A DNA stretch of 64,000 bases from an uncultured bacterium (GTDB lineage Bacteria; Margulisbacteria; WOR-1; CAVSGV01), in assembly GCA_963768305.1 (NCBI GenBank), contig CAVYHE010000007.1:96001-160000 (forward strand). Direction: 5' to 3'. The translations under genes were made by a program, and so were the position numbers. Below are positions 28,077-38,100 of this stretch, piece after piece. The notes below the pieces were generated by a model. It saw only the letters and a program-made list of their open reading frames with translations. It was not told where the DNA came from and ran no database searches. Numbering within the stretch: position 1 is the first letter of the stretch; each line of letters starts with the position of its first letter.

Positions 28077-28972
28077 TGGCGAATTATCTGGTCACCGGCG
28101 GCTCGGGGTTCATAGGATCGCACCTGTGCAGGAAGCTGGAATCTTTTGGGAACAACGTGGTTTCGCTGGACAACATGATGCATCCATGTGAAAACCCTTT
28201 CGGGTCCAAGTTCGCCGATGTCCGCTACGCCCAGGACATAGCGCAGTACTTCAAGGGATGCGACGCTTGCTTCCATCTTGCAGCGCAGATATCGGTCGAC
28301 AAATCCATCCATAACCCTCAGGAAACGGTCGATATCAATATCAACGGAACGCTTAATATCCTTGAACTTTGCAAGAAACACGATGTTAAGCTAGTTTTTG
28401 CTTCAACATCGGAGGTTTACGGGACCGCCCAAAAAGAAAAAATGGATGAAGATCATCCTCTTGACGCGCAGAGCCCGTACGGCGCGTCAAAACTGGCCGC
28501 CGACCGCCTTTGCAAATCGTATATCGATACTTACGGAATGAGCATTGTGATACTAAGGAACTTCAATACGTTCGGCCCATACCAGAACGATGACAGCTAC
28601 GGCGGCGTTATCGCCAGGTTCACAAAAGCCGCGCTGGCAGGAGATGACATCAGGATCTTCGGGAGCGGCGAACAGGAACGTGATTATATGTGGGTGGATG
28701 ACGCCGTGAACGCGTATATCAAACTTGTAAGCAAAAAAGGCGTCTACAACGCCGGCAGCGGAACAACGATAAAAATCAACAGGATAGCCGATCTGATAAA
28801 AGAGATCACGAAAAGCAAGAGCAAGATAGTTCATGTTGCGCCCCGCCCAGGAGAGGTCCAGCGGCTCTGCTGCGACGCGAGCAAGATAAAGGCCCTGGGC
28901 TGGAAGCCGAAGCTCTCCATTGAAGAGGGGATAAAACAGTATGTCGCCTTCTATAAGAATTCCTTTTTATAA
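28076..28972 (+). CDS. NAD-dependent nucleotide-sugar epimerase/dehydratase
   Basis: TGGSGFIGSH, STSEVYG, YGASK (YxxxK). Confidence 0.93.
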   Translation: MANYLVTGGSGFIGSHLCRKLESFGNNVVSLDNMMHPCENPFGSKFADVRYAQDIAQYFKGCDACFHLAAQISVDKSIHNPQETVDININGTLNILELCKKHDVKLVFASTSEVYGTAQKEKMDEDHPLDAQSPYGASKLAADRLCKSYIDTYGMSIVILRNFNTFGPYQNDDSYGGVIARFTKAALAGDDIRIFGSGEQERDYMWVDDAVNAYIKLVSKKGVYNAGSGTTIKINRIADLIKEITKSKSKIVHVAPRPGEVQRLCCDASKIKALGWKPKLSIEEGIKQYVAFYKNSFL

Positions 28973-29942
28973 ACGCACCTGGACCGACGCCGAAATAGAC
29001 GCCGTAACCTCATGCATAAGATCCGGACACCTTACTCAGGGAGTTCGGGTGGAAGAATTTGAGGACATATTCAGTGATTTTGTCGGCGCCAAGTATTCGG
29101 TAGCGGTAAATTCCTGCACATCCGCCTTATTTCTATGCCTTAAACTTTTAAGCCCTAAAAAAGTAAGCATCCCTTCGATGACCTTTGCTTCCGTGGCAAG
29201 CTCGATAATTCATGCCGGCGGAAAAATAAACTGGCTTGATGAATCCTGGTCCGGCTCCCGATATCCGTTAATAACCCATAACTCTAAACTTGGAACTATA
29301 TATGATTCCGCACATGCCCTCCACAGAGGCGACTATACAAAAAAGCCGGATAATCTGGTATGTTACTCGTTCTATCCCACGAAAAATCTTTCAGGCGCGG
29401 AGGGCGGGATGATAGCAACGAACAATAAAAAATACGCTGAATGGCTCAGGAAGGCCCGCTGGCATGCGCGCGTCGGCAAAACCTGGGATTATATAATCGA
29501 GTTCCCGGGATGGAAAATGAACATGACGGACCTCCAGGCCGCTATCGGGATCGAATATCTTAAACGAATCGATAATGAAGCGGCTGATCGTAAAAAATTG
29601 CTCGATGTCTACAATCGGCTCCTCGGCACATCAATAAAATCCGATCATATTTTCCAGACGATCGTCGCGAACAGGCCGGGTTTCGTGAAATTCATGGAGG
29701 ATAACGGTATTGAATGCAGCATGCACTTTAAACCGATCCACAAGCAGCCGGCATTCAAGAGCAGTTACAGAAAACTCCCGAAAACAGAGCATTTCGAGAA
29801 ACTCGCCGTATCTCTTCCGCTCTTTCCGTCGATGAAAATATCGGAGGTCGAAGAGGTTTGCGCTCTCATGAACAAGTGGAATAAAGATAACCCCCTGCCC
29901 CGCCAGGAATACATCGATTTTAAGCGGTTTTTGAAGGCATAA
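28941..29942 (+). CDS. DegT/DnrJ/EryC1/StrS sugar aminotransferase
   Basis: AVNSCTSAL, DSAH, SFYPTKNLSGAEGGM (PLP lysine), MTDLQAAIG, SLPLFP. Confidence 0.9.
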   Translation: MSPSIRIPFYKRTWTDAEIDAVTSCIRSGHLTQGVRVEEFEDIFSDFVGAKYSVAVNSCTSALFLCLKLLSPKKVSIPSMTFASVASSIIHAGGKINWLDESWSGSRYPLITHNSKLGTIYDSAHALHRGDYTKKPDNLVCYSFYPTKNLSGAEGGMIATNNKKYAEWLRKARWHARVGKTWDYIIEFPGWKMNMTDLQAAIGIEYLKRIDNEAADRKKLLDVYNRLLGTSIKSDHIFQTIVANRPGFVKFMEDNGIECSMHFKPIHKQPAFKSSYRKLPKTEHFEKLAVSLPLFPSMKISEVEEVCALMNKWNKDNPLPRQEYIDFKRFLKA

Positions 29943-29943
29943 T

Positions 29944-31035
29944 ATGGGCATATTCAACTGCATCCCCGCGATGATGTACCATCATGTCAGCGATGAGCCG
30001 GAGAATTCGATATCGATCACTCCGCGGAATTTCGAAACACATATCAAATATCTGGCTGATTCAGGATATAAGTCGCTTCATTTGCCTGAGTTCTTCGATA
30101 TTCTCAAAGGATGGGATATCCCTGAAAAACTCGTCCTGATCACATTCGATGACGGATATGCGGATAACTACATCAACGCTTACCCGATACTGAAGAAATA
30201 TAATATGAAGGCGACGATATTTCCTGTTACCGCATTCGTAAATGACCGCATTGATCAACGAGGGAAGCTTCTTCCATCTTTCGAACTTTTAATGAGAACG
30301 CCGTTCGCGAACGGCCCTCTTGATGATTTCTTAACCTGGGATGAAATGAAAGAGATGGTGTCGAGCGGATTGATAGATATTCAGGCGCACAGTCATGAAC
30401 ACGCCGCATATTTTGAGAGTGAAAATATCAGATCATTTTATGACGGGGGGATGGACACGAAACTAGCCTGGGCGACGAACGGTGACTTGAGGCTTGGGAT
30501 ACCTGTGTACGAGACAGGGCCGTCCCTTTGCGTAAGAAGATATTTTGACGATAAGGTATTAAGGAACGAATTGGCCGAATATGTCATATGTCACGGCGGC
30601 GGGGACTTTATTTTCACTAATAAGGACAATATCAAAGCCCTGAAAGATATCGTAAAAAAACACGGCAGATTAAAAGGAAAATTTGAAACTGAAGCTGAAT
30701 CGGAAAGCAGGATAATGAACGAGCTGGCATCGATCAAGGAATTGATCAGCAAGAAGTTGAATAAGAAAGTTGATTATATATGTTGGCCGTTTGGAAGTGT
30801 TGACGGTAAGTTGATCGGACGGGCAAAGCGGGCAGGTTATACAGGCGGTATCGGGATGAAGGGCGGAGCTAATATGAAATTAACAAATGTGATGGATATC
30901 CATCGGTTCAATCCCTGCCGGAAAGACATTCCCTTGTTAAAAATGAAATTGTATAAACATTCGAATCTCTGGTTATCATTATATAATGACAAGCGCATCG
31001 ACAAATTACTGATCAGAAGAGAGAAGTTTTTGTGA
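29944..31035 (+). CDS. Polysaccharide deacetylase (CE4)
   Basis: [28 protein letters not shown]. Confidence 0.9.
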   Translation: MGIFNCIPAMMYHHVSDEPENSISITPRNFETHIKYLADSGYKSLHLPEFFDILKGWDIPEKLVLITFDDGYADNYINAYPILKKYNMKATIFPVTAFVNDRIDQRGKLLPSFELLMRTPFANGPLDDFLTWDEMKEMVSSGLIDIQAHSHEHAAYFESENIRSFYDGGMDTKLAWATNGDLRLGIPVYETGPSLCVRRYFDDKVLRNELAEYVICHGGGDFIFTNKDNIKALKDIVKKHGRLKGKFETEAESESRIMNELASIKELISKKLNKKVDYICWPFGSVDGKLIGRAKRAGYTGGIGMKGGANMKLTNVMDIHRFNPCRKDIPLLKMKLYKHSNLWLSLYNDKRIDKLLIRREKFL

Positions 31036-32854
31036 ACGCTTTGACCTTGTTGATCATTGCGTTGTGTGTTTTTGTATTGGCATACAGGTATTATTCGGCG
31101 TTCCTGTCAGCGAAGGTTTTGACTCTGGATACTTCAAGAAAGACGCCCGCCCATACATTAAATGACCATCACGATTACCACCCGACGAACAAATGGGTCC
31201 TGTTCGGCCATCATTTTGCGGCGATAGCCGGAGCCGGGCCGCTTATCGGTCCTGTCCTTGCCGCGCAATTCGGATTCCTGCCCGGTGCGATCTGGATAAT
31301 CATCGGCGCGGTTCTCGGTGGGGCCGTGCATGATTATGTCATTCTTTTCGCGTCGGTCAGACACAATGGGCTGTCACTTCACAAGATAGCGCGCGATTAC
31401 ATAGGAAGGACGACTGGGATAGCGACGGCCATAGCCGTGCTCTTTATAATCGTAACGGCGCTTGCCGGTTTATCGATAGTTGTCGTTAATGCGCTGGCTG
31501 AAAGCCCGTGGGGCACATTCGCGATAGCCGCTTCGATACCGGCTGCGATGATCGTCGGTTTTTACATGAACGTATTCCGTAAGAACGCGATCATCGAAGC
31601 GTCCGTCATCGGGACAACGCTTTTGCTTCTCGCAGTTGTTTTCGGGTTCAATGTCCAGCATTCCGCGTTCGCGTTCCTTTTCACATTTACAAGACATCAG
31701 CTTGTCATTCTTCTGGTGCTATACGGGTTCTTTGCTTCGGTCCTTCCTGTCTGGCTTCTTCTTGCCCCGCGCGATTATATAAGCTCGTATCTGAAGATCG
31801 GCGCGATCGGGCTTCTGGGCATCGGAATATTTCTCGTACATCCAATGCTCAAGATGCCGGCGGTAACACCGTTCATCCACGGCGGCGGCCCCATAATCCC
31901 CGGAAAAGTGTGGCCTTTCGTATGCATCACGATCGCCTGCGGCGCGATATCGGGTTTTCACGCGCTGATATCGTCCGGCACGACGCCGAAGATGGTATCC
32001 AATGAAAAAGAGATCCGGATGATCGGATACGGCGCGATGCTTGTGGAAGGATTCGTGGCGATAATGGCGCTTATCGCGGCGACCGCGCTTTTCCCTGGCG
32101 ATTATTTCGCGATAAATACTGCGCCGGCGGTTTTCGCCAAATTGAAAATGAGCACGATAAATATAATCCCGCTGTCAAAGATGGTGCAGGAAAATATTAT
32201 CGGCCGTCCGGGCGGAGCCGTCTCTCTGGCGGTCGGAATGGCACAGATATTTTCGGGATTGCCGGGAATGAAATCACTGATGGGTTACTGGTATCATTTC
32301 GCGATAATGTTCGAGGCGCTTTTTATTTTAACAACGATCGATGCAGGGACAAGGGTCGCGAGATATATTACACAGGAGATCTGGGGAAATTCTCAAAGCC
32401 TTTGGGAGACACGAAATGGATGCCGGGGATAATTTTGACGAGCGCGATGGTGGTTTTCGCCTGGGGATATCTTGTGTACAACGGTGATATTTCGACCATC
32501 TGGCCTATGTTTGGCGTGGCCAACCAGCTGTTAGCAACCGTCGCGCTTGTGATAGGGACTTCGGTGATATTGAAGAACAATAGGAAAAAAGTTTACGCGC
32601 TGATAACGTTCCTTCCAATGCTTTTCATGCTTGCGACAACCGTTACCGCCGGCGTCATGAACATATTCATCAATTATCTTCCTCAAAGATCGTTCAACGG
32701 GAATCTGAACGCATTCCTTTCCATTGTAATGCTTATGCTTGTCGTGATAATAGTCATTGATTCATCGATCAAGTGGGTGATCTATCTTAAATGGCACAGA
32801 ATGATCTTCAAACGCGCTTATGGAAAAGATGAAGCGATGGAATTGGATATTTAG
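31032..32854 (+). CDS. cstA: Carbon starvation protein A family transporter; frameshift near 32385
   Basis: [36 protein letters not shown], then [13 protein letters not shown] in the second ORF; one base missing in TGGGGAAA. Confidence 0.9.
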
Positions 32855-32861
32855 GAATCGC

Positions 32862-32893
32862 AATAAGAGCGTGCAACCGATGCACGCCTTATT
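32862..32893. terminator. Hairpin between convergent genes, probable bidirectional terminator
   Basis: AATAAG-A-GCGTGCA-accga-TGCACGC-CTTATT. Confidence 0.6.
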
Positions 32894-33135
32894 TACATGT
32901 ATGGATTTACATTCTCTACTTTGGGCTGCTTCTTAGGTTTCTTTTTGTTCAGCGACACTTTACGGTGTTTAGCGACTTTGGCCTTTTTCTTAGAGATCTT
33001 CTTTTTAACTTTAATAACCTTGCTTACTTTATGCGGCTTTTTCAAATTATGCGACGAACTTTTTGCGGAAACAAATGAAGGGGATAGAGAAAAAACAAAA
33101 AGGATCAGTAATATAAAAGCTAACATTTTTTTCAT
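32893..33135 (-). CDS. Small exported lysine-rich protein
   Basis: MKKMLAFILLILFVFSLSPSFVSA signal peptide, very basic mature part; SD-like AGGCGGTG. Confidence 0.6.
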   Translation of the reverse strand: MKKMLAFILLILFVFSLSPSFVSAKSSSHNLKKPHKVSKVIKVKKKISKKKAKVAKHRKVSLNKKKPKKQPKVENVNPYM

Positions 33136-33160
33136 ATTCTCACCGCCTTTTGAATTTGAT

Positions 33161-33460
33161 CTATTTCTTCCTGATCTCTTCCTCCACCTCTTTGGCCCCT
33201 TTATCATAGAATTGCTGCTCATCCGGAGCCAGTTCCTTTAAGAGCCTTAGGAATTCCCCTGCATGCACCTTTTCTTCATCGGCAATGTCCTTAAGGACTT
33301 CTTGAGCCAGCTTATTATCGGTTGATTCCGCAAGTTGGATATACATCTGAATGGCCTCATATTCCGCGGCGACCATAAAACGGATGGCACGGATCAATTC
33401 CTCTTTATTGACTCTTCTGTCTTTTGCTAATCCTGAAAATGGATTTCCAAAATCTGGCAT
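33161..33460 (-). CDS. Small ferritin-like/rubrerythrin-like protein (encapsulin-cargo type family)
   Basis: AEYEAIQMY...DIADEEKVHAGEF (ExxH); SD AGGAGG. Confidence 0.85.
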   Translation of the reverse strand: MPDFGNPFSGLAKDRRVNKEELIRAIRFMVAAEYEAIQMYIQLAESTDNKLAQEVLKDIADEEKVHAGEFLRLLKELAPDEQQFYDKGAKEVEEEIRKK

Positions 33461-33481
33461 AATCCACCTCCTATTATTTGA

Positions 33482-33509
33482 ATTATACGCCAGAGGGAGG
33501 ATGTTTCAA
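33482..33509 (-). promoter_or_regulatory. Sigma70-type promoter of the ferritin-like gene
   Basis: TTGAAA-N16-TATAAT on the minus strand. Confidence 0.6.
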
Positions 33510-33590
33510 GTAATACTGGCAGGTCTTTCAGGCAGGGCTAACTGGCAAGTTTGATGGAAAAAGAGTATAATATAGCTTGCGGGGTGGAAA

Positions 33591-33770
33591 ATGGACCAAA
33601 AAAGAGAAAACCAAACAAATAGCGCCGCCAGCACCGCAGTAATCCAAATGTCTACTGACCGAAAGTGCGCGTGCGGCAGGGAAAAAATGCGGTCTTTTGA
33701 ATGGTGCGAAAAATGCACGGCAAAAAAAGCAAAAGCTAATGCCCTATTGATAAAAAAATGGCGGGAATAG
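33591..33770 (+). CDS. Putative 59-aa Cys-rich (Zn-ribbon-like) protein
   Basis: Hand translation MDQKRENQ...KCACGREKMRSFEWCEKCTAKK...WRE; upstream TATAAT and GGGGTGG; shorter than any ORF in the track. Confidence 0.45.
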   Translation: MDQKRENQTNSAASTAVIQMSTDRKCACGREKMRSFEWCEKCTAKKAKANALLIKKWRE

Positions 33771-33788
33771 ATAGGGGGCCCTTGATCC

Positions 33789-34292
33789 CTACACCCCAAA
33801 CCCGATCCTTTTGCTTCGTTTCTCAGGCGGCTGAACTATCTCCCTTAAAGCATCAAATACTACTTTAAATTGCATATCGTACTTTTTTTCAAGTTCATCG
33901 ATCTTATGTAACAGATCCTTATGTGAAGAGATCAGCTGCCGCAACCTTACAAAAGTCTGCATGATCTGAATGTTAACCTGAATAGCTCTTTTGCTTTTCA
34001 GGACGCTTGAAAGCATTGCCACGCCTTGTTCGGTAAAAGCATAAGGCAAACTGGAGGAATGTTTGAGTGGCACGAACCTATCACAATTTGTGATAAGTTC
34101 CTTTTTCTCTTTTTCTGTCAGTTTGAACATAAAACCCGCGGGAAAACGCTCCAGATTTCGTTTCACAGACTGATTTAAGACCATGGTCTTAACTTGATAT
34201 AATTCTGCCAGATCACGATCAATTATGACCTTATATCCTTTAATATAAAATATGCGATTCTCAATAATTTCAATCGGGATCAATTTATTCAT
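33789..34292 (-). CDS. ORF6N-domain DNA-binding protein
   Basis: KVIIDRDLAELYQV...LNQSVKRNLERFP..FMFKLT, PYAFTEQGVAMLSSVL, C-terminal RIGF. Confidence 0.9.
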   Translation of the reverse strand: MNKLIPIEIIENRIFYIKGYKVIIDRDLAELYQVKTMVLNQSVKRNLERFPAGFMFKLTEKEKKELITNCDRFVPLKHSSSLPYAFTEQGVAMLSSVLKSKRAIQVNIQIMQTFVRLRQLISSHKDLLHKIDELEKKYDMQFKVVFDALREIVQPPEKRSKRIGFGV

Positions 34293-34307
34293 ATCGGCAT
34301 CCCTCAA

Positions 34308-34439
34308 TTACGATATCTTTTCGTAACTGATGATCCTCTCCCTTAAATAAGCCCTGCTCAACCACGCTTTCAATTCCTCTTCGCTTATCACTATCTCTCG
34401 AATCTGATTCATTGGCAGCCGGTACATCACTTTATACAT
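34308..34439 (-). CDS. Putative 43-aa hypothetical protein
   Basis: MYKVMYRLPMNQIREIVISEEELKAWLSRAYLRERIISYEKIS fills the gap between comM and ORF6N; AGGAAG upstream. Confidence 0.35.
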   Translation of the reverse strand: MYKVMYRLPMNQIREIVISEEELKAWLSRAYLRERIISYEKIS

Positions 34440-34451
34440 AATAATCACTTC

Positions 34452-35978
34452 CTATTTTCCACGGTCTAACGATCGATATTGTATCGCCTCAGCAATATGG
34501 CTAGCTTTAATGACTTCCGAATTTTCAAGGTCAGCGATCGTTCTCGATACCTTCAAAATCCTATCGTAACTTCGTCCGCTCATCTTCAGCTGGATTATCG
34601 CCGATTTGATAAGCGTCTCGGCTTCCCCCTCCAGCCGGCAAAATTCCTTAACATGCCTGGGAAGCATCCTCGCGTTGCACCGGACCTTTGACGCGGCAAA
34701 TCTTTTTATCTGCATGTCCCGCGCTTTCGTAACTCTTTGCCTTATAGCTTCCGATGTTTCACCAGGCGAATATGAAACTAATTCCTCTTTTTTCAATCTG
34801 GGAACTTCAACGTGAATATCGATCCTGTCAAGCAGCGGCCCTGAAAGCTTGCTCCAGTACTTTTGCACTCTGAAAGAAGGACATGTGCATGTCTTGGTCG
34901 GATCCATGTAATTCCCGCACGGGCATGGGTTCATTGCCGCTACGAACATGAATTCCGCCGGATATGTGACGCAGCTCGCCGCTCTGGCGATGGTGACTAC
35001 GCCATCCTCCAGCGGCTGGCGCAGGACTTCCAGAACATCTCTTTCAAATTCAGGGAATTCATCAAGAAAAAGTATCCCCATGTGAGCCAGGCTCACTTCT
35101 CCGGGACGCGGGATCCTTCCTCCGCCGATTATCCCGATATCCGATGTCGTGTGATGCGGCGATCTGAACGGCCTTTCGGTAACTAATGCTTTTTTGGAAT
35201 TTAGTAAGCCTGTAATACTGTAAAGTTTCGTAACGTCAAGCGCTTCTTCGATAGTGAGCGGCGGAAGTATCGTCGGCAAACGCTTGGCAAGCATTGTTTT
35301 CCCTGAACCCGGCGGCCCGATCATTAAAATATTGTGCCCGCCGGCAGCGGCAACTTCCAGAGCTCTTTTTGCGTGCCCCTGCCCTTTCGTATCAGAGAAA
35401 TCGATATCGAAAGCGATCATTGATGTGAAAAGAGCGGTAAGATCGATCGTGTGCGGCTTGATCGAAATGTCCCCATTCAAATATCCCGCGGCTTCCCGAA
35501 GATCGGCGCAGGAGATCACATCGATGCCGGAAACCAAAGCAGCTTCATCGGCATTATCTTTCGGGACTAAAACTCTTTTGATTTCAGTCCCTGCCATCGA
35601 TATGATCATGGGTAGAACGCCGTTGACCGGCCGCAAACTCCCGTCAAGGGACAGCTCGCCGATGATAACTGTTCCAGCTAGTAGATCGGTTTTGATCTGG
35701 CTGGAAGACGCAAGCATCGCGATAGCTATCGGAAGATCGTAGAGTGGTCCTTCTTTTCTGATGTCAGCAGGCGCAAGATTGATCGTAAAATAGCCTGGTG
35801 GGAATTCAAAGCCGGAATTGTTTATCGCGAACTTGACCCTGTCTCGGCTTTCTTTCACCGCCGCATCCGGCAGCCCGACGATCGATTGGCCGGGAAGCCC
35901 GCGAGTTGAATCGACCTCAACTTCAACGACAAAACCGTCAAGGCCTGATATCGCGGCGCTATTGATCTTAACTAACAT
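34452..35978 (-). CDS. comM: YifB/ComM Mg-chelatase-like AAA+ ATPase
   Basis: VGLPDAAVKESRDRV, GPPGSGKTML, PFRSPHH, PGEVSLAH, AMNPCPCG, SGPLLDRID. Confidence 0.95.
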   Translation of the reverse strand: MLVKINSAAISGLDGFVVEVEVDSTRGLPGQSIVGLPDAAVKESRDRVKFAINNSGFEFPPGYFTINLAPADIRKEGPLYDLPIAIAMLASSSQIKTDLLAGTVIIGELSLDGSLRPVNGVLPMIISMAGTEIKRVLVPKDNADEAALVSGIDVISCADLREAAGYLNGDISIKPHTIDLTALFTSMIAFDIDFSDTKGQGHAKRALEVAAAGGHNILMIGPPGSGKTMLAKRLPTILPPLTIEEALDVTKLYSITGLLNSKKALVTERPFRSPHHTTSDIGIIGGGRIPRPGEVSLAHMGILFLDEFPEFERDVLEVLRQPLEDGVVTIARAASCVTYPAEFMFVAAMNPCPCGNYMDPTKTCTCPSFRVQKYWSKLSGPLLDRIDIHVEVPRLKKEELVSYSPGETSEAIRQRVTKARDMQIKRFAASKVRCNARMLPRHVKEFCRLEGEAETLIKSAIIQLKMSGRSYDRILKVSRTIADLENSEVIKASHIAEAIQYRSLDRGK

Positions 35979-36336
35979 TGAAGGCGTCCTTAACGAGTTC
36001 AAAGTTCGGAAGCCCGTTCCAGCTTCTGTAGATGCCGAGCACGTCGAACCTGCAATTAACATCTTTGATGTTGTTCTTCATAAGATATGTTCTCGCAGCA
36101 TGTATCATGCTCTTTTTCTTTGACGGACCGACGGCACCAAGCGGGAAGCCGAAACTGCTCATAGAATATGATTTAACTTCAACGAACACCAGAAATTCCC
36201 CATCTTTCGCGATAATATCAATTTCACCCTGCTGAGAATGATAATTTCTGTCGATGATCTTATAATCATGTTCAATGAGATATGTTATGGCTGTGTCTTC
36301 GCCTTCCTTTCCTAGTATCGTGCTTTCTTTGCCCAT
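35968..36336 (-). CDS. yraN: YraN family (UPF0102) putative nuclease
   Basis: GKEGED, GEIDIIA...LVFVEVK, RFDV. Confidence 0.92.
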   Translation of the reverse strand: MGKESTILGKEGEDTAITYLIEHDYKIIDRNYHSQQGEIDIIAKDGEFLVFVEVKSYSMSSFGFPLGAVGPSKKKSMIHAARTYLMKNNIKDVNCRFDVLGIYRSWNGLPNFELVKDAFNVS

Positions 36337-36502
36337 GTCAAAAGGAATAGCAATTATCTTGCCGCTGGTTAATATGTGAGATCGTGAATATTATAAAGGG
36401 GAAAAACCGGATGGAAGTGTCTGAATCAGCAACAATTGACGAAAATGGCTACAATAAAATCTCAACCTCTTCATCTCGTCATCTCATCGCCTCGTCATAG
36501 TC

Positions 36503-36550
36503 AACAAAAACCCTCTATGCTCTCATCTTCTGAACATAGAGGGTTCTGTT
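36503..36550 (-). terminator. Rho-independent terminator downstream of HU
   Basis: AACCCTCTATG...CATAGAGGGTT stem followed by a T-rich tract on the minus strand. Confidence 0.7.
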
Positions 36551-36595
36551 GTGATCCCGCATATCCCGCGTTTAAATGCGGGATATATCTGCCAA

Positions 36596-36868
36596 CTAAT
36601 TTATCGAGCTGAGCAATTCCTGGCCGGCTGAAAACTTGACAACGTTCCTGGCCGGGATGTTCAACGATTGCCCTGTTTTCGGGTTCCTGCCTATCCTTGC
36701 TTTCCTTCTTAATCTCTTCCAGCTCCCGAAATTCACCATCTGTACTTTTTCACCTCTCTTCAGGGCTCCGCCCATAAGAGTGAAAGTGGTTTCGATTATT
36801 TTGGAGCAGGTTGATTTGGATTGCATGGTTTTCGAGGCTACTTGAGCGATCAATTCCTGTTTATTCAT
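36596..36868 (-). CDS. hup: HU family DNA-binding protein
   Basis: MNKQELI, GEKVQMVNFGSW, RIGRNPKTG; SD GGAGGTG. Confidence 0.93.
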   Translation of the reverse strand: MNKQELIAQVASKTMQSKSTCSKIIETTFTLMGGALKRGEKVQMVNFGSWKRLRRKARIGRNPKTGQSLNIPARNVVKFSAGQELLSSIN

Positions 36869-36929
36869 TTATCTCACCTCCTTCATTCGAAAGATTATCA
36901 GAGGTTCAGGAAATTCTTGATCTGCGGGA

Positions 36930-36959
36930 AGTATAGCTCACTGCCCTCATGAATGTCAA
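36930..36959 (-). promoter_or_regulatory. Sigma70-type promoter of HU
   Basis: TTGACA-N18-TATACT on the minus strand. Confidence 0.7.
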
Positions 36960-37006
36960 GTGAATTCGAGGGTTTTAGAAAGAGCCTGTCAGCAAAGGTT
37001 TATGGG

Positions 37007-37642
37007 TCAAAGCATAATCAGTCCGCGTTTTATCAGGCAATTATATACCGGCTGATAGGAATATCGATGTATCGCAACAGGACCGAATTTTTTAAGGCAT
37101 TTGATATGCGCTTTTGTTCCATATCCTTTATGGTTAGCAAACCCGTAATGAGGGTAAACCCGATCGTAATGGTCCATCAGCCGGTCTCGAACTACCTTGG
37201 CCACGATCGATGCTGTCGCGATGGCCGATGAAACGCTGTCCCCATGCTTGATGCTTGTCTGCGGGATATCGATGTTCGGGATCTTCCTGATGCCGTCCAC
37301 CAATATGTGATCCGGCTTTTTTGATAGTGAAATGACAGCTTCTTCCATGGCTTTTAAAGAGGCCTGAAGGATATTGATGCTGTCTATCATCCAGCTGTCG
37401 ACGATCCCTATTCCGATCGAAACAGAAGATCTGGCAATCACACTGAAAAGTTTTTCTCTGTCCCTTGGAGATAATTTTTTTGAATCATCAATGCCTTTGA
37501 TCTTGTCATCCTCGCGAAGGATAACTGCGGCTGCTACGACCGGTCCGGCAAGAGGCCCTATCCCTACTTCATCAACGCCAGCAATAAGATCCGCACCTGA
37601 TCTTCGTAATTTCAGTTCATGCCTCATGGACACTGCTGCCAT
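37007..37642 (-). CDS. rnhB: Ribonuclease HII
   Basis: GVDEVGIGPLAGPV, DDSKKL, ASIVAKVVRD, HKGYGT. Confidence 0.96.
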   Translation of the reverse strand: MAAVSMRHELKLRRSGADLIAGVDEVGIGPLAGPVVAAAVILREDDKIKGIDDSKKLSPRDREKLFSVIARSSVSIGIGIVDSWMIDSINILQASLKAMEEAVISLSKKPDHILVDGIRKIPNIDIPQTSIKHGDSVSSAIATASIVAKVVRDRLMDHYDRVYPHYGFANHKGYGTKAHIKCLKKFGPVAIHRYSYQPVYNCLIKRGLIML

Positions 37643-37684
37643 TGCGGACTTCCTTGAAGGATCAAAAATTAGAAAACAGGGACT

Positions 37685-38083
37685 TTATTCTGCGGCTTTT
37701 TTCTCTTTTTGAACAGAAGCTTTTACTTCTGTTTCTGCTTCGGCGACTCTCAGCGCTTGTGAACCGATGCGCTTCCTTAAATAATAAAGTTTTGCTCTTC
37801 TGGCGCGCCCGGCTTTTATGACCTTTATTTTATCGACCCTTGGCGAATGAAGCGGAAAAGTTTTCTCCACTCCTATTCCCTGGACCATTTTTCTGACAGT
37901 AACGACTTCGCCTATGCCCCTGCCGCGCTTTTTTATCACAGTTCCTTCGAATGCCTGCAGACGCTCTTTGTCGCCTTCGATTATTTTGGAGAACACTCTT
38001 ACGGTGTCGCCGACATTAAATACTGGGATCTCCTTTTTCATGAAACCTTTTTCTATGTCAGATATGATGCTCATTTCTTTCAC
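37685..38083 (-). CDS. rplS: 50S ribosomal protein L19
   Basis: GDTVRV, ERLQAFEG, GVEKTFPLHSP, RRAKLYYLR. Confidence 0.97.
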   Translation of the reverse strand: MKEMSIISDIEKGFMKKEIPVFNVGDTVRVFSKIIEGDKERLQAFEGTVIKKRGRGIGEVVTVRKMVQGIGVEKTFPLHSPRVDKIKVIKAGRARRAKLYYLRKRIGSQALRVAEAETEVKASVQKEKKAAE

Positions 38084-38100
38084 TCCTTGTAATTAAATAT

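Noticed and set aside
36337..36595. tRNA or other structured RNA gene in the largest intergenic gap
   Set aside because: No cloverleaf or T-loop signature; the hairpins are explained as terminator-like; an Rfam scan would be needed to exclude it fully
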